Shown: piece after piece, positions 28,817 to 39,954 of the stretch
Layout: every line of letters starts with the position of its first letter
How positions within the stretch are numbered: position 1 is the stretch's first letter
The notes under the pieces: model-generated
Told to the model about the DNA's origin: nothing
What the model saw: only the letters and a program-made list of their open reading frames with translations
Database searches by the model: none
Translations under genes and position numbers: made by a program
DNA from: Escherichia coli
Lineage (GTDB): Bacteria > Pseudomonadota > Gammaproteobacteria > Enterobacterales > Enterobacteriaceae
NCBI RefSeq assembly: GCF_013122565.1
Contig: NZ_CP053258.1
DNA length: 64,000 bases
Reading direction: 5' to 3' (one strand)

Positions 28817-31078
28817 TCAGGCAGGAATTTTGTCAATCTTAGGAATGCGTGACCACACGCGGTGTGCTGCCATCAGCGTTAGCAGTTCATCCATAAAACT
28901 ACCGTCAGCGCTGTCAGCTTCCACAATCCCTTCTTCACCCTGGTCAGCGACCTCGATTGTTGCTTTAAACTTGCGCGCGTCTCCCGCAAGCGCAATCGGT
29001 TTAAGGTGTTTGTAGGCTTCCATCAGGTAGTAGTTGGCATCGCCGTTGTCAGCGATATCCGCGATATTGCCGCAAGGGACAATGACCGCATCGACCGTCA
29101 GCGAAGGTGCACCGGCAAAGGTAGCGGCTATAGGCAACACCGTACCGTCATCCGCAGTCACTTCACCCATTCGGGAGTAGAGCAGTTTGGCATGAACGCC
29201 TTTGGCCTTCAGCGCCTTGAGAATGGCCAGAAGGTCTGCCGATCTCACCTCATCATTAAGCAAAATCGCTACCACGCGACCTTTCACATCACCGTCAGGA
29301 ATGGCGTACAAACTTAAGGATGGATCCTTTTTCAGACCGTTGACGTCCGGAGGCGGGGTGATATTCAGCTGGTCGTCCGTCAGCTCGATACCGAGATTTT
29401 TCGCCACCGCCTGGGCCAGAGTGAGATCAATATGCGCCAGCTGGTCAACAACGCGCTCACGAATATACGGACGAACGACTTTGCTTAACTCAAAACTGAA
29501 ACCATCGACAATATGGCGCTGCTCGAATGGCGTCTGACTTAGCCAGAACAGACGCGGATGGGAATAATATTCGCCAAACGATGGACTGCGCTCGCGAACT
29601 TTATTTCCTTCCACGCGTTCCTGATATGATTCAAAACCGCCGCGTTTCGGCCCCGGCGGTGTTTCGCGCGGCCAGTTATCGTTGATCGAGTTCGGTTCGT
29701 AATTCGCCGGGTTAGTGTCGATCCCCATACGATGCATGCCGTCACGCTGGAAGTTGTGGTAAGGGCAGGTCGGGCGGTTAATCGGAATTTCATGGAAATT
29801 CGGCCCACCAAGACGACTGATTTGTGTATCGGTATAGGAGAACAAACGTCCCTGCAACAGCGGATCGTTGGTGAAGTCCAGTCCCGGCACGATATGCCCA
29901 GGATGGAAAGCTGCCTGTTCGTTTTCAGCAAAGAAGTTATCCGGGTTGCGATTGAGCACCATTTTGCCGACACGCTGAACGGGCACCAGTTCTTCCGGGA
30001 TAAGTTTGGTTGGATCAAGAAGGTCGAAGTCGAACTTGAATTCGTCTTCTTCAGGAATCAACTGGAAGCCCAGTTCGTATTCCGGAAAATCGCCTGCTTC
30101 AATGGCTTCCCACAACTCGCGGCGGTGGAAGTCCGGGTCACGTCCGGTGAGTTTTTGTGCTTCATCCCAAACGAGTGAGGCTTTACCTGCCAGTGGTTTC
30201 CAGTGGAAACGTACGAACGTTGCCTTCCCTTCGGCATTAATCAGGCGGAAGGTGTGAATACCGAAGCCTTCCATGGTGCGGTAACTGCGCGGGATCCCGC
30301 GATCCGACATCGCCCACATCACGTTGTGCAGAGTTTCAGGTTGCAGAGAAACGTAATCCCAGAAAGTATCGTGGGCGCTTTGCCCTTGTGGGATTGCCCA
30401 GTGTGGTTCTGGTTTTACCGCATGGACAAAATCAGGGAATTTATGCGCATCCTGAATAAAGAAGATCGGCGTGTTGTTACCAACAAGGTCAAAAATACCC
30501 TCTTCGGTATAGAACTTGGTGGCAAAACCACGGATATCTCGCACCGTGTCAGCAGAGCCTGCACCACCCTGAACGGTTGAAAAACGGACAAACACTGGAG
30601 TGATTTTATTCGGATCAGACAGGAAATCTGCTTTGGTGATATCGCTTAAGCTTTTATACGGCTGGAAATAACCATGAGCCGCAGATCCTCGCGCATGAAC
30701 AATACGCTCAGGGATACGTTCATGGTCAAAGTGAGTGATTTTCTCGCGCAGAATAAAATCTTCCAGCAGCGTTGGACCACGGTTACCGGCGCGCAGGGAG
30801 TTTTGATCATCGGCGATGCGCACACCCTGATTAGTGGTCAGCGCATAATTTTCACTGCCTTTGCGTACGTCTTCCAGAGAATTAAGTTTTTCGTTACGCG
30901 TATCAGGGGCTTTCAGACTCCCTGGGGCGGTAGGTTGTGCACCTGGCGGTGTTGGTTCAGCCGCTGGACGATGAGATCCGTCCTCAGGTGCCAGTGAGTC
31001 CATCCCCGGTTTCGCTTCGCTGGAATCGTGTAGTGGTGACTGGTGCTGATGTGGGTTCTTTTCGTTATGTTGCGACAT
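28817..31078 (-). CDS. katE: Catalase HPII (large-subunit monofunctional catalase)
   Basis: 753-aa ORF with catalase core motifs ([22 protein letters not shown] region). Confidence 0.97.
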   Translation of the reverse strand: MSQHNEKNPHQHQSPLHDSSEAKPGMDSLAPEDGSHRPAAEPTPPGAQPTAPGSLKAPDTRNEKLNSLEDVRKGSENYALTTNQGVRIADDQNSLRAGNRGPTLLEDFILREKITHFDHERIPERIVHARGSAAHGYFQPYKSLSDITKADFLSDPNKITPVFVRFSTVQGGAGSADTVRDIRGFATKFYTEEGIFDLVGNNTPIFFIQDAHKFPDFVHAVKPEPHWAIPQGQSAHDTFWDYVSLQPETLHNVMWAMSDRGIPRSYRTMEGFGIHTFRLINAEGKATFVRFHWKPLAGKASLVWDEAQKLTGRDPDFHRRELWEAIEAGDFPEYELGFQLIPEEDEFKFDFDLLDPTKLIPEELVPVQRVGKMVLNRNPDNFFAENEQAAFHPGHIVPGLDFTNDPLLQGRLFSYTDTQISRLGGPNFHEIPINRPTCPYHNFQRDGMHRMGIDTNPANYEPNSINDNWPRETPPGPKRGGFESYQERVEGNKVRERSPSFGEYYSHPRLFWLSQTPFEQRHIVDGFSFELSKVVRPYIRERVVDQLAHIDLTLAQAVAKNLGIELTDDQLNITPPPDVNGLKKDPSLSLYAIPDGDVKGRVVAILLNDEVRSADLLAILKALKAKGVHAKLLYSRMGEVTADDGTVLPIAATFAGAPSLTVDAVIVPCGNIADIADNGDANYYLMEAYKHLKPIALAGDARKFKATIEVADQGEEGIVEADSADGSFMDELLTLMAAHRVWSRIPKIDKIPA

Positions 31079-31281
31079 TGAACTCGTCTCCTTAATTTAA
31101 TACTGAAAGGGCCGCTGTTTTGGTCAAAAAACTCTCTAACTATAGACCACCAGCCAGATCCCGCTTCGGAGACTATTCTGGAAACGGTGTTATGAAATAC
31201 ACGCAAAGCGGGACGTACAGGGGCTAGATCGGCTAAACTACAGTTTTTCTGATTTTTAATATGCGTTTAGTGAAGCCAGTA

Positions 31282-31524
31282 ATGAAGAAACCGCTCCGCC
31301 AGCAAAACCGCCAGATTATTAGCTATGTCCCACGCACGGAACCCGCGCCGCCAGAACATGCGATAAAGATGGATTCGTTTCGTGATGTCTGGATGCTGCG
31401 TGGCAAATATGTTGCGTTTGTACTGATGGGAGAGTCATTTCTGCGCTCACCGGCGTTTACTGTGCCTGAATCCGCCCAGCGTTGGGCAAATCAGATCCGC
31501 CAGGAAGGGGAAGTGACTGAGTAA
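31282..31524 (+). CDS. cedA: Cell division activator CedA
   Basis: 80-aa ORF from internal ATG MKKPLRQQNRQ... Confidence 0.85.
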   Translation: MKKPLRQQNRQIISYVPRTEPAPPEHAIKMDSFRDVWMLRGKYVAFVLMGESFLRSPAFTVPESAQRWANQIRQEGEVTE

Positions 31525-31812
31525 GGATTACGTATCTCCCGGTTTTGCCGGGAGTTACATGACCTGAAATTTTGTATTTCATTGCTACATTCATTCAAAC
31601 CACCTGTAACAAAAAGCTGCCTTTGACGATCTATTGCTATAAATAAGTGATCTTTTTTCTTTAATTGCTTATTTATTTTAAAATGGTTAAGTTTTGCTAA
31701 TCATGATGAGCTATTTTTGATAGTTCATCCTGTGGCGTCGCTCTTAAACTTATATTGTAAATGACTTAGATTCAAATGAGATAATAATTTTGTTGACAAT
31801 ATGAGGCGGGAG

Positions 31813-32616
31813 ATGTTTTCTACAAACTTAATACAGAGTAATTATGGTGATTTAAATATTAAAAGCCTGGCTTTCGACTCTTTTAAAGAAAGGCTGCAGT
31901 CTACTATGACAGCACTCACTTTCTTTATATCAACGGGTCAATGTGACTGCGATGAAATAGCAGAATCAAACTTTAATTATATGATTGCCTATATGTCTAA
32001 CATTAACTATGATGCCTCAAAGCCAGGAGCGCCAGCACTTAGTTTTGATACATATCTGCAGGACAATGTTAAATATAGAGTAATAATTAATAATCTTTAT
32101 GGTAGTGAAATTCGGATAAGAGGTATAAATAAAGATTTTATTGGAATGGATGTCACTTCTGTATTTCGCCCAGAAAAGATGACCAATTTGATCAATATAA
32201 AAAACAGGTTGGTTATTCACTATTTAAGGACTATATACTATGAACAAAATTATATACATCCTGTCGGGAGCATTTTTGCTGCGATTCAAAAAAATGAGAG
32301 TCTCCTAAAGTTTCCTTCGATAATATCAATGCTTAATATCAGTCTTCTTTTTAATCCACTAAATCTTCCGGGAATGGGAAGTGGTGTGCTTGAAGATATT
32401 ATGAGTATTCCAGATAGTTCACTTAGAAAACGTCTCGGGTATGAGGTTTTAAGCTTCTCGCTACAGGCACATTCATTGAGCCAGGAATGTATTGATAAGT
32501 TGGACATTTTTTTCGCTGACGATCTGTTTAAATATGAGTCAGTTTGCATCGCCGCGATGGAACATTTAAAAAGTAAGGCAACGGCCCCTATACAAAACGG
32601 ACCGTTGCCAGCATAA
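31813..32616 (+). CDS. ydjO: Uncharacterized protein YdjO (AT-rich ORFan-like gene)
   Basis: About 267-aa ORF in a markedly AT-rich segment with an AT-rich upstream region. Confidence 0.75.
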   Translation: MFSTNLIQSNYGDLNIKSLAFDSFKERLQSTMTALTFFISTGQCDCDEIAESNFNYMIAYMSNINYDASKPGAPALSFDTYLQDNVKYRVIINNLYGSEIRIRGINKDFIGMDVTSVFRPEKMTNLINIKNRLVIHYLRTIYYEQNYIHPVGSIFAAIQKNESLLKFPSIISMLNISLLFNPLNLPGMGSGVLEDIMSIPDSSLRKRLGYEVLSFSLQAHSLSQECIDKLDIFFADDLFKYESVCIAAMEHLKSKATAPIQNGPLPA

Positions 32617-32619
32617 GAA

Positions 32620-34011
32620 TTAACGGTGTGCCAGTTCGGCGTCGTCTTCGCTATCCAGAATGGCTTTATCGGTTTGCTTCAGCCACTGGCTGGTCAGCGT
32701 GCCAGCTGTCATCGAGCCACTAACGTTTAGCGCCGTACGGCCCATGTCGATAAGCGGTTCAACGGAGATTAACAGCGCCACCAGGGTTACTGGCAGGCCC
32801 ATCGCAGGCAGCACAATCAGTGCGGCGAAAGTTGCACCACCACCGACACCGGCAACGCCTGCGGAGCTAACGGTAACAATACCGACCAGCGTCGCAATCC
32901 ACATCGGGTCCATCGGGTTAATGCCAACCGTAGGCGCAACCATCACCGCCAGCATCGCCGGATACAAACCGGCACAGCCGTTCTGACCAATGGTTGCACC
33001 GAAAGAGGCGGCGAAACTGGCGATGGATTCAGGAACACCGAGTCGACGCGTTTGTGCTTCCACATTCAGTGGGATAGACGCAGCACTGGAACGGCTGGTA
33101 AAGGCAAACGTCAGAACTGGCCATACCTTACGGAAGTACTTCAGCGGGCTCACGCCATTAATGCCCAGCAAAATGCCATGCACTGCAAACATAATCAGCA
33201 GACCGAGGTAGGACGCGACAACGAAACTTCCCAGTTTGATGATGTCTTGCAGGTTAGAACCTGCAACCACTTTGGTCATCAGCGCCAGAACGCCGTAAGG
33301 GGTCAACTGCATGACCAGGCGAACCAGCTTCATTACCCAGCTTTGCAGGGTATCGATAGCGGCTAAGACGCGTTCACCTTTCGGCGCATCATCCTTCAGC
33401 AGTTTCAGCGCAGCTACACCGAGGAATGCGGCAAAAATTACCACGCTGATAATTGACGTCGGATTGGCTCCGGTCAGATCGGCAAACGGGTTTTTCGGGA
33501 TAAAGGACAAGACCAGCTGCGGAACGCTCAGGTCAGAGACTTTACCAACATAGTTACTTTCAATGGCGTTCAGACGTGCAGTTTCTGCACCACCCTGAAC
33601 CAGACCTTCAGCCGTCAAACCAAACAGGTTGGTGACCAGCACACCGACCAGCGCCGCAATCAGCGTGGTAAACAAAAGCGTACCGATGGTCAGAAAACTG
33701 ATTTTGCCTAACTGAGATGCGTTATGCAGACGGGCAACCGCGCTCAGAATAGAGGCGAAGACTAACGGCATAACGATCATTTGCAGCAGTTGAACATAGC
33801 CGTTACCAACAATGTTAAACCACTGTACAGAATCTTTAAGTACCTGGCTGTCAGAACCATAAATGGTATGCAGGGCAAGGCCAAAAACCACACCCATCAC
33901 CAGACCCACCAGCACTTTTTTCGCCAGACTCCACTGTTTATGGCGGGTCTGAGCCAGCGCAAACAGCAGTACAACGAACACCACGATGTTCGCAATTAAT
34001 GGAAAGTTCAT
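32620..34011 (-). CDS. tcyP: L-cystine / dicarboxylate-amino-acid:cation symporter family transporter (TcyP)
   Basis: 463-aa polytopic ORF of the DAACS family; position ydjN. Confidence 0.9.
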   Translation of the reverse strand: MNFPLIANIVVFVVLLFALAQTRHKQWSLAKKVLVGLVMGVVFGLALHTIYGSDSQVLKDSVQWFNIVGNGYVQLLQMIVMPLVFASILSAVARLHNASQLGKISFLTIGTLLFTTLIAALVGVLVTNLFGLTAEGLVQGGAETARLNAIESNYVGKVSDLSVPQLVLSFIPKNPFADLTGANPTSIISVVIFAAFLGVAALKLLKDDAPKGERVLAAIDTLQSWVMKLVRLVMQLTPYGVLALMTKVVAGSNLQDIIKLGSFVVASYLGLLIMFAVHGILLGINGVSPLKYFRKVWPVLTFAFTSRSSAASIPLNVEAQTRRLGVPESIASFAASFGATIGQNGCAGLYPAMLAVMVAPTVGINPMDPMWIATLVGIVTVSSAGVAGVGGGATFAALIVLPAMGLPVTLVALLISVEPLIDMGRTALNVSGSMTAGTLTSQWLKQTDKAILDSEDDAELAHR

Positions 34012-34143
34012 CCCCGTTCTCCTGATCTTATTATTTCTATCACTGCGTAGCAGTCATAGTGTTGGCGCAAGATTAACAGAACTGTGAGCTGGCTCTTATA
34101 TTCAAATGGAATTGCTTATTACAGAAAGGCGATTTTTGCCTTT

Positions 34144-34734
34144 TTAGTATTCAACCTGATGCTTAATAAGCCGATGAAACTGGATCTGCAAGGTATTGAT
34201 CATTTGCGATGACCAACGGATAGCGCTGTTTTCGGGTAATGAATGTGGCATCCATACCGACCAGACAAATAATGCCATGCAGATAAAACGTTCCAGTTGG
34301 TTGCCCTTTTGGGGAACCAGGATAGGCAAGCGGAAACGCCAGCGGCATGGCCAGAGCAGTGGAACACCGGCGGGTGTCAGCATATCGGCAAGTATGTGGC
34401 TTAAATAACCCAGCACCATTCCTTGTAGCGCATCAGCCGGAATGAACCAGCTTTCAGGAACCTTAAGGTAAAAGGTTGCCAGCAGCGCAAATACCGCCAG
34501 CAGACTGTGGGTAAAACCACGATGCCCAAAAGCGCGGGCGATCGGTTTTGATATCCACTTTAATCGCTGCCCAAGAAACGACTTTGGGTGATCGATGTCC
34601 GGTAACAAACACGTCAGGATTGCGGAAGGGACAATATGCCACCAGTCACCCTGTGCCAGCACGGGCGTCAGCTCGGCATTTTTGGCAAATACCGCACAAG
34701 CAATAGAAAAGAGAAGGTGACCTTCCGCCGTCAT
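34144..34734 (-). CDS. ydjM: LexA-regulated inner membrane metal-dependent hydrolase-like protein
   Basis: Hydrophobic ORF of about 196 aa; a perfect LexA box lies immediately upstream. Confidence 0.85.
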   Translation of the reverse strand: MTAEGHLLFSIACAVFAKNAELTPVLAQGDWWHIVPSAILTCLLPDIDHPKSFLGQRLKWISKPIARAFGHRGFTHSLLAVFALLATFYLKVPESWFIPADALQGMVLGYLSHILADMLTPAGVPLLWPCRWRFRLPILVPQKGNQLERFICMALFVWSVWMPHSLPENSAIRWSSQMINTLQIQFHRLIKHQVEY

Positions 34735-34750
34735 GATAAAACTCACTAAA

Positions 34751-34766
34751 CTGTCGATACGTACAG
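34751..34766 (-). promoter_or_regulatory. LexA (SOS) box upstream of ydjM
   Basis: ctgtcgatacgtacag = CTGT-N8-ACAG, 17 bp upstream of the ydjM start; an adjacent second CTGT-containing motif tacagtatagggtttttatacagtg at 34763..34785. Confidence 0.8.
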
Positions 34767-34896
34767 TATAGGGTTTTTATACAGTGCACGGAAGTGGTGA
34801 CGGTGTAACTCTTTCTCTTAAATTGACGATTAATCCGTCAGTTGAATGCAAATTCAGATAAAGAACCAGGAGCAGTGTGATCACTGCCCCTGGTCA

Positions 34897-35565
34897 TTAA
34901 CCGAGAAGGTCTTTTGCGGTGAGTTCTGTCAGCGATGAGAGTTTGACGTTTGCTAATACAAAACGTGGATCATTTTGCGCTTCTGGCGCAGGAACGACGA
35001 TGGAACGCATGCGGGCTGCTTTAGAAGCGATCATGCCATTTACCGAGTCTTCCAGCGCCACGCAGGTCAGTGGGTCAACGCCCAGTTTTGCTGCGCAGTC
35101 GAGATATACTTGCGGATGCGGCTTGCTGTAAGGCAGTTTTTCAGCCGAGGCGAGGGCATCGAAACTGTCGCGTAAGTCAAACATGGTCAACACTTTTTCC
35201 AGCATATGTAGTGGTGACGCGGAGGCCAGTCCCACTAATAAACCTTGTTTTTTGCATAACGCAACGGCTTCACGCACGCCTGGTAATAATGGACGTGTCT
35301 CTTCAACCAGTGAAATGGCACGGGCAATAACCCGTTCTACTACTTCCTGACGGCTTGGCCCATTCCACGGTTGCCGGGCGTACCAAAGATCGACCACCAT
35401 ATCGATGCGTAAACCTAAGGTGTCCGGCAGCTCGTTACGACGGGAGATATCCACCCCCAGGCTTGCCATCACATCCAGTTCGGCTCGATCCCATAAAGGT
35501 TCTGAGTCGATAAGTAATCCATCCATATCAAAAATTGCAGCAAGAATCTGACGCGGGGTTGACAT
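34897..35565 (-). CDS. hxpB: HAD-superfamily sugar phosphatase (2-deoxyglucose-6-phosphatase / hexitol phosphatase B)
   Basis: 222-aa ORF with HAD motif I FDMDGLLIDSE. Confidence 0.9.
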   Translation of the reverse strand: MSTPRQILAAIFDMDGLLIDSEPLWDRAELDVMASLGVDISRRNELPDTLGLRIDMVVDLWYARQPWNGPSRQEVVERVIARAISLVEETRPLLPGVREAVALCKKQGLLVGLASASPLHMLEKVLTMFDLRDSFDALASAEKLPYSKPHPQVYLDCAAKLGVDPLTCVALEDSVNGMIASKAARMRSIVVPAPEAQNDPRFVLANVKLSSLTELTAKDLLG

Positions 35566-35711
35566 TACAACCTCTCCTTTAGAGCATTATGTGTAAGGTA
35601 TTAAGCCGTGCTTATGATTAAGCGCCTATCATATCGCCTTTAAAGAATGGGCGAAAACAGATATCTACAGGTAAACTAAGTGAAACGACGCGTCTTAATC
35701 AAGGAGAACTC

Positions 35712-36248
35712 ATGACGTATCAACAAGCTGGACGCATTGCTGTTTTGAAAAGGATTATGGGTTGGGTGATTTTTATACCTGCATTGATCTCTACATTGAT
35801 TTCTTTGCTGAAATTTATGAATACCCGGCAGGAAAACCAGGAAGGCATTAATGCGGTCATGCTCGACTTTACTCATGTCATGATCGATATGATGCAGGCG
35901 AATACGCCTTTTTTGAATCTATTCTGGTATAACTCCCCGACGCCCAATTTTAATGGTGGCGTGAACGTTATGTTCTGGGTGATTTTCATCCTGATTTTTG
36001 TCGGACTGGCGTTGCAGGATTCCGGTGCCCGGATGAGTCGCCAGGCGCGCTTCTTGCGGGAAGGTGTTGAAGATCAACTCATTCTGGAAAAAGCCAAAGG
36101 GGAAGAGGGGCTAACGCGTGAACAAATTGAGTCCCGTATTGTTGTTCCGCACCATACTATTTTCCTGCAGTTTTTCTCACTGTATATCCTGCCGGTTATT
36201 TGTATTGCTGCAGGTTATGTGTTCTTTTCTCTGCTTGGGTTTATTTAA
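35712..36248 (+). CDS. yniB: Inner membrane protein YniB
   Basis: 178-aa ORF with about three TM segments. Confidence 0.8.
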   Translation: MTYQQAGRIAVLKRIMGWVIFIPALISTLISLLKFMNTRQENQEGINAVMLDFTHVMIDMMQANTPFLNLFWYNSPTPNFNGGVNVMFWVIFILIFVGLALQDSGARMSRQARFLREGVEDQLILEKAKGEEGLTREQIESRIVVPHHTIFLQFFSLYILPVICIAAGYVFFSLLGFI

Positions 36249-36288
36249 TCAAAAGGCCGCACGGAGCGGCCATTATCCTCAACCCATA

Positions 36289-37149
36289 TCATGCTGCTAA
36301 TAATCTATCCAGTGACTGCTGAGCAATAACCAAATGCTGACCGCCAAATAATCTTGCACGATTTAACAGCGTGTAGAGTTGGTAAACCGGTTGACGTTCA
36401 AGGAAATCGGCAGGTAGCGGGGATACTGACTGATAGCCGTCATAGATTTGTGGCGGCTGTTCAGTATGCAGCGGTAACATCGCCAGGTCGCACTCTCGGT
36501 CACCCCAGTAGCAGGCCGGGTCGAAAATGTATGGGCCATCCGGACCCAGCGCACAGTTGCCGGACCATAAATCGCCGTGCAACAGAGAAGGCTGCGGTTG
36601 ATGTGAGGCGAGACGCTGCTGAATATGCTCTACGATGGCGTCGATGTTGCCGAAAGCGATCCCTTTTTCTGCTGCCAGTTCCAACTGCCAGCCAATCCGT
36701 TGTTCAGCAAAAAACGTTGACCAGCGACGTTGCCAGGTGTTGGGCTGTGGAGTTGTGGAGAGCGCGTTATCGAAATCGAGGCCAAATTGTGGTTGGTCAC
36801 TCCATTGATGTAAACGCGCAATTTGCTGACCAAGAATAAATGCGCTATGCGCATCCAGCGGACGAGGTGGGAGATAATCCATCACCAGAAAACTGTAGTC
36901 ACGGTCAGCGCCTACTGCCCAAACCTTAGGCACGGTGACGGTTTTACTACGCGACAGTAACTCCAGTTGGTCGGCTTCGGCGGTAAAACCGGGAAGCAGT
37001 TCCCTTTCATCACATTTGACGAAAAAGTCATGTCCTGCATAGCGCAAATGCCATGCGGCATGGACTTCTCCGCCAGGCAGTTCATTACGCAGTTCGATTT
37101 CGCCTTCACCTAACTGCTCGCTCAAAAGACGACTGATTGCCTGCCACAT
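36289..37149 (-). CDS. yniA: Fructosamine-kinase / protein-kinase-like family protein
   Basis: 286-aa ORF with catalytic-loop motif HGDLWSGN and downstream DPACYWGDRECDLAM. Confidence 0.85.
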   Translation of the reverse strand: MWQAISRLLSEQLGEGEIELRNELPGGEVHAAWHLRYAGHDFFVKCDERELLPGFTAEADQLELLSRSKTVTVPKVWAVGADRDYSFLVMDYLPPRPLDAHSAFILGQQIARLHQWSDQPQFGLDFDNALSTTPQPNTWQRRWSTFFAEQRIGWQLELAAEKGIAFGNIDAIVEHIQQRLASHQPQPSLLHGDLWSGNCALGPDGPYIFDPACYWGDRECDLAMLPLHTEQPPQIYDGYQSVSPLPADFLERQPVYQLYTLLNRARLFGGQHLVIAQQSLDRLLAA

Positions 37150-37254
37150 GATGTCTCTCCCATGTTGTCTGCCAGATCATAAGGTTAGCGCAAGAATGCG
37201 GTGTAAAAACACGAGCTAACGCACACCACAGACTGATTATTGCCCAAAAACCAT

Positions 37255-37545
37255 TTATTTTCTGTTGCTATTCCATTCCTCCCAGGTCGTGATGGTGATT
37301 TCAGGATCTTTGCCGGTTGCACTTTGGGTAAGCCCCGAAACCAGTTCTCTAATTTCTTCTTCACTTTGGGTACTGATAAGTCCAAAAGTGTTAGTCCCCA
37401 GCTCATGGATATTTCCCTCATCATCCGTCATGGTGAGCAAAAAACCGTCGCGAGTCAGGTAATTATTCAACTCGTTAATTTCAGTCAATGTATCCTCATG
37501 CAACATGACGGTTATGACATAACGGACAAGATCGCCACTGGCCAT
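37255..37545 (-). CDS. ydiZ: Uncharacterized small protein YdiZ
   Basis: 96-aa acidic ORF directly downstream of pfkB on the same strand. Confidence 0.8.
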   Translation of the reverse strand: MASGDLVRYVITVMLHEDTLTEINELNNYLTRDGFLLTMTDDEGNIHELGTNTFGLISTQSEEEIRELVSGLTQSATGKDPEITITTWEEWNSNRK

Positions 37546-37645
37546 AGTTCACCCCTTTGTTATCACATGACTTTTGAGCATAGTCGGAGAAACGCGTTGC
37601 CGACAGGTTGGTGATGATTCCCCCAATGCTGGGGGAATGTTTTTG

Positions 37646-38575
37646 TTAGCGGGAAAGGTAAGCGTAAATTTTTTGCGTATCGTCATGGGAGCACAGACGT
37701 GTTCCCTGATTGAGTGTGGCTGCACTCCCCGCAGCTACGCCAAAACGAACCATCTCTTCAAGAGAGGCATTTTCTGCCAGTTTCAGTGTCATCGCGCCGA
37801 CCATGCTGTCACCAGCGCCAACGGTACTCTGGCTTTTCACCGGTGGTGGCACCACCTGAATGCAGTTTTCACTATCAACACCCAGCGCTCCTTGTGGACC
37901 CAGGGAAACGACAACCCGTTTGGCCTTGCCGCTATTAACGATTTCCTGCGCGGCTTTGCGGACATCGTCTGGCTGGGTGAGTTCGCGATTCACCAGCGCA
38001 CTGAGTTCTTTTTGGTTAGGCTTAACCAACTCGATGTTACCAATCGCCAGTGCTGCACTTAACGCTTCGCCAGAACTGTCGATGATGCAGCGGATCCCTT
38101 GGTTTTGCGCAGCGGAAATCAGTTGGGTTAATTTTTCCAGCTTCACACCTGGCGGCAGGCTTCCGCTTATGACCAGGATGGCCCCGGATTCAATTTCCAG
38201 AACTTGCTCTTCAAGCTGGCGAAACTCATCTTCATTTAATGCCGCGCCTGGCATAACAAAACGATACTGCTCACCGCTTGCTTCCACATGTACGTGTAAA
38301 TTCTGCCGGGTCCAGTCTTTGGCTTCTACAGTAGCGACGGGGACATTTTCATCCGCCAACAGTGAAACCAGGTGTTCGCCGGTCGCGCCACCCGCCGGGA
38401 AGATCGCTGTGGCACTGCCTCCAAGATGGGCAATGGCGCGGGCGACGTTGATGCCGCCGCCCCCGGGTTCGAACACCGGTGCGGTACAGCGCAGTTTTCC
38501 TTCGGGATAAATTTGCGGGGTAATTGTTGCGCTATCGAGAGAGGGCGCAAGTGTCAACGTATAGATACGTACCAT
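37646..38575 (-). CDS. pfkB: 6-phosphofructokinase II (PfkB ribokinase-family)
   Basis: 309-aa ORF with PfkB family motifs GGGINVARA and DSMVGAMTLKL. Confidence 0.95.
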   Translation of the reverse strand: MVRIYTLTLAPSLDSATITPQIYPEGKLRCTAPVFEPGGGGINVARAIAHLGGSATAIFPAGGATGEHLVSLLADENVPVATVEAKDWTRQNLHVHVEASGEQYRFVMPGAALNEDEFRQLEEQVLEIESGAILVISGSLPPGVKLEKLTQLISAAQNQGIRCIIDSSGEALSAALAIGNIELVKPNQKELSALVNRELTQPDDVRKAAQEIVNSGKAKRVVVSLGPQGALGVDSENCIQVVPPPVKSQSTVGAGDSMVGAMTLKLAENASLEEMVRFGVAAGSAATLNQGTRLCSHDDTQKIYAYLSR

Positions 38576-38861
38576 CATTTCCTCCTATAGACTGATTTCA
38601 GTCTGGCACCGAATCAGCGGAAAGTGAAGAAATTAACAATATGATTTATTGGAGCTTTATTTAAAATTTTGCAGATAAATATATATAAATAAAAATCTGT
38701 TTTCGCCACATGCTTATTCAAAAAATGAAATAAGAATACATTGCTAAGTTATTCGCGCCTTTTTATAATTCGTTACCTTTCCAGGGACGCTAATCTTTGA
38801 TCCTTAAGAAAGTTTCCGGGACCGCGATGGTCTCTTTTTTTGTTGTACGGACTCTTGATAA

Positions 38862-39620
38862 ATGAAGCTTTTGAAGACAGTTCCTGCCATCGTTATGTTG
38901 GCGGGGGGCATGTTTGCGTCACTGAATGCAGCTGCCGATGATTCCGTTTTTACTGTCATGGACGATCCTGCCAGCGCTAAAAAACCTTTCGAAGGTAATC
39001 TGAACGCAGGATATCTTGCACAATCAGGCAATACGAAAAGCTCCTCACTTACGGCTGACACCACCATGACCTGGTATGGACAAACCACTGCCTGGTCGCT
39101 GTGGGGGAACGCCAGTAATACTTCTTCTAATGATGAGCGTTCTTCAGAAAAATATGCGGCGGGCGGGCGTAGCCGTTTTAATTTAACTGATTATGACTAT
39201 TTATTTGGTCAGGCAAGCTGGCTGACAGACCGTTATAACGGCTATCGAGAGCGCGATGTGTTGACCGCGGGTTATGGTCGTCAGTTTTTGAATGGCCCGG
39301 TACACAGTTTCCGCTTTGAATTCGGTCCAGGTGTGCGTTACGACAAATATACCGACAATGCCAGTGAAACCCAGCCGCTGGGCTATGCCTCCGGGGCTTA
39401 TGCATGGCAGTTGACTGACAACGCTAAATTTACGCAGGGTGTTTCGGTCTTTGGCGCGGAAGACACAACGCTGAACTCCGAAAGCGCATTAAATGTTGCT
39501 ATTAATGAACATTTTGGACTGAAGGTGGCTTACAACGTCACATGGAACTCTGAACCTCCAGAGTCTGCACCGGAACATACCGACCGTCGGACAACCTTAT
39601 CGCTGGGCTACAGCATGTAA
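38862..39620 (+). CDS. ydiY: Outer-membrane beta-barrel protein (DUF481 family)
   Basis: 252-aa ORF with signal peptide MKLLKTVPAIVMLAGGMFASLNAAA and alternating beta-strand pattern. Confidence 0.85.
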   Translation: MKLLKTVPAIVMLAGGMFASLNAAADDSVFTVMDDPASAKKPFEGNLNAGYLAQSGNTKSSSLTADTTMTWYGQTTAWSLWGNASNTSSNDERSSEKYAAGGRSRFNLTDYDYLFGQASWLTDRYNGYRERDVLTAGYGRQFLNGPVHSFRFEFGPGVRYDKYTDNASETQPLGYASGAYAWQLTDNAKFTQGVSVFGAEDTTLNSESALNVAINEHFGLKVAYNVTWNSEPPESAPEHTDRRTTLSLGYSM

Positions 39621-39672
39621 AATTATCTGCCGGACCGTGTTATGCGGTCTGGCTGTCTTCGTTTGTCACTGC

Positions 39673-39780
39673 TCAGCCCCAAATCATTGCTGCCCAACGT
39701 AGCAACAACATAGCGCCACAGATTGCCAGTAGCACCACCACCATCTTCCAGTGTTTTTTATCAAAGCGTTTAGTCGGCAT
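39673..39780 (-). CDS. yniD: Small membrane protein YniD (35 aa)
   Basis: C-terminal 35 codons of ORF 39673..39891, MPTKRFDKKHWKMVVVLLAICGAMLLLRWAAMIWG, with a single TM helix. Confidence 0.6.
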   Translation of the reverse strand: MPTKRFDKKHWKMVVVLLAICGAMLLLRWAAMIWG

Positions 39781-39954
39781 ACCAGTGTCCTGCATATCTC
39801 TTGTGCGTGATAACGGAGTGTAACAAAAGGGACAGGCATCAAGGGATTTTTTGTTATTACAGCCGTCGGGTGGCGTTGTACACCTGATCACTGTTTCTGC
39901 GTTTTATGAAAAAATAAAATTATGTATCGATATATAAATATCGTAAATAGCTGG

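Noticed and set aside
31530..31800. Possible small RNA or mobile-element remnant in the AT-rich region upstream of ydjO
   Set aside because: No terminator hairpin, inverted repeats or transposase fragment could be identified by eye; most simply explained as an AT-rich promoter region.
36354..36839. 161-aa plus-strand ORF overlapping yniA
   Set aside because: Lies antisense within the kinase-like yniA gene, which has conserved catalytic motifs; no start context.
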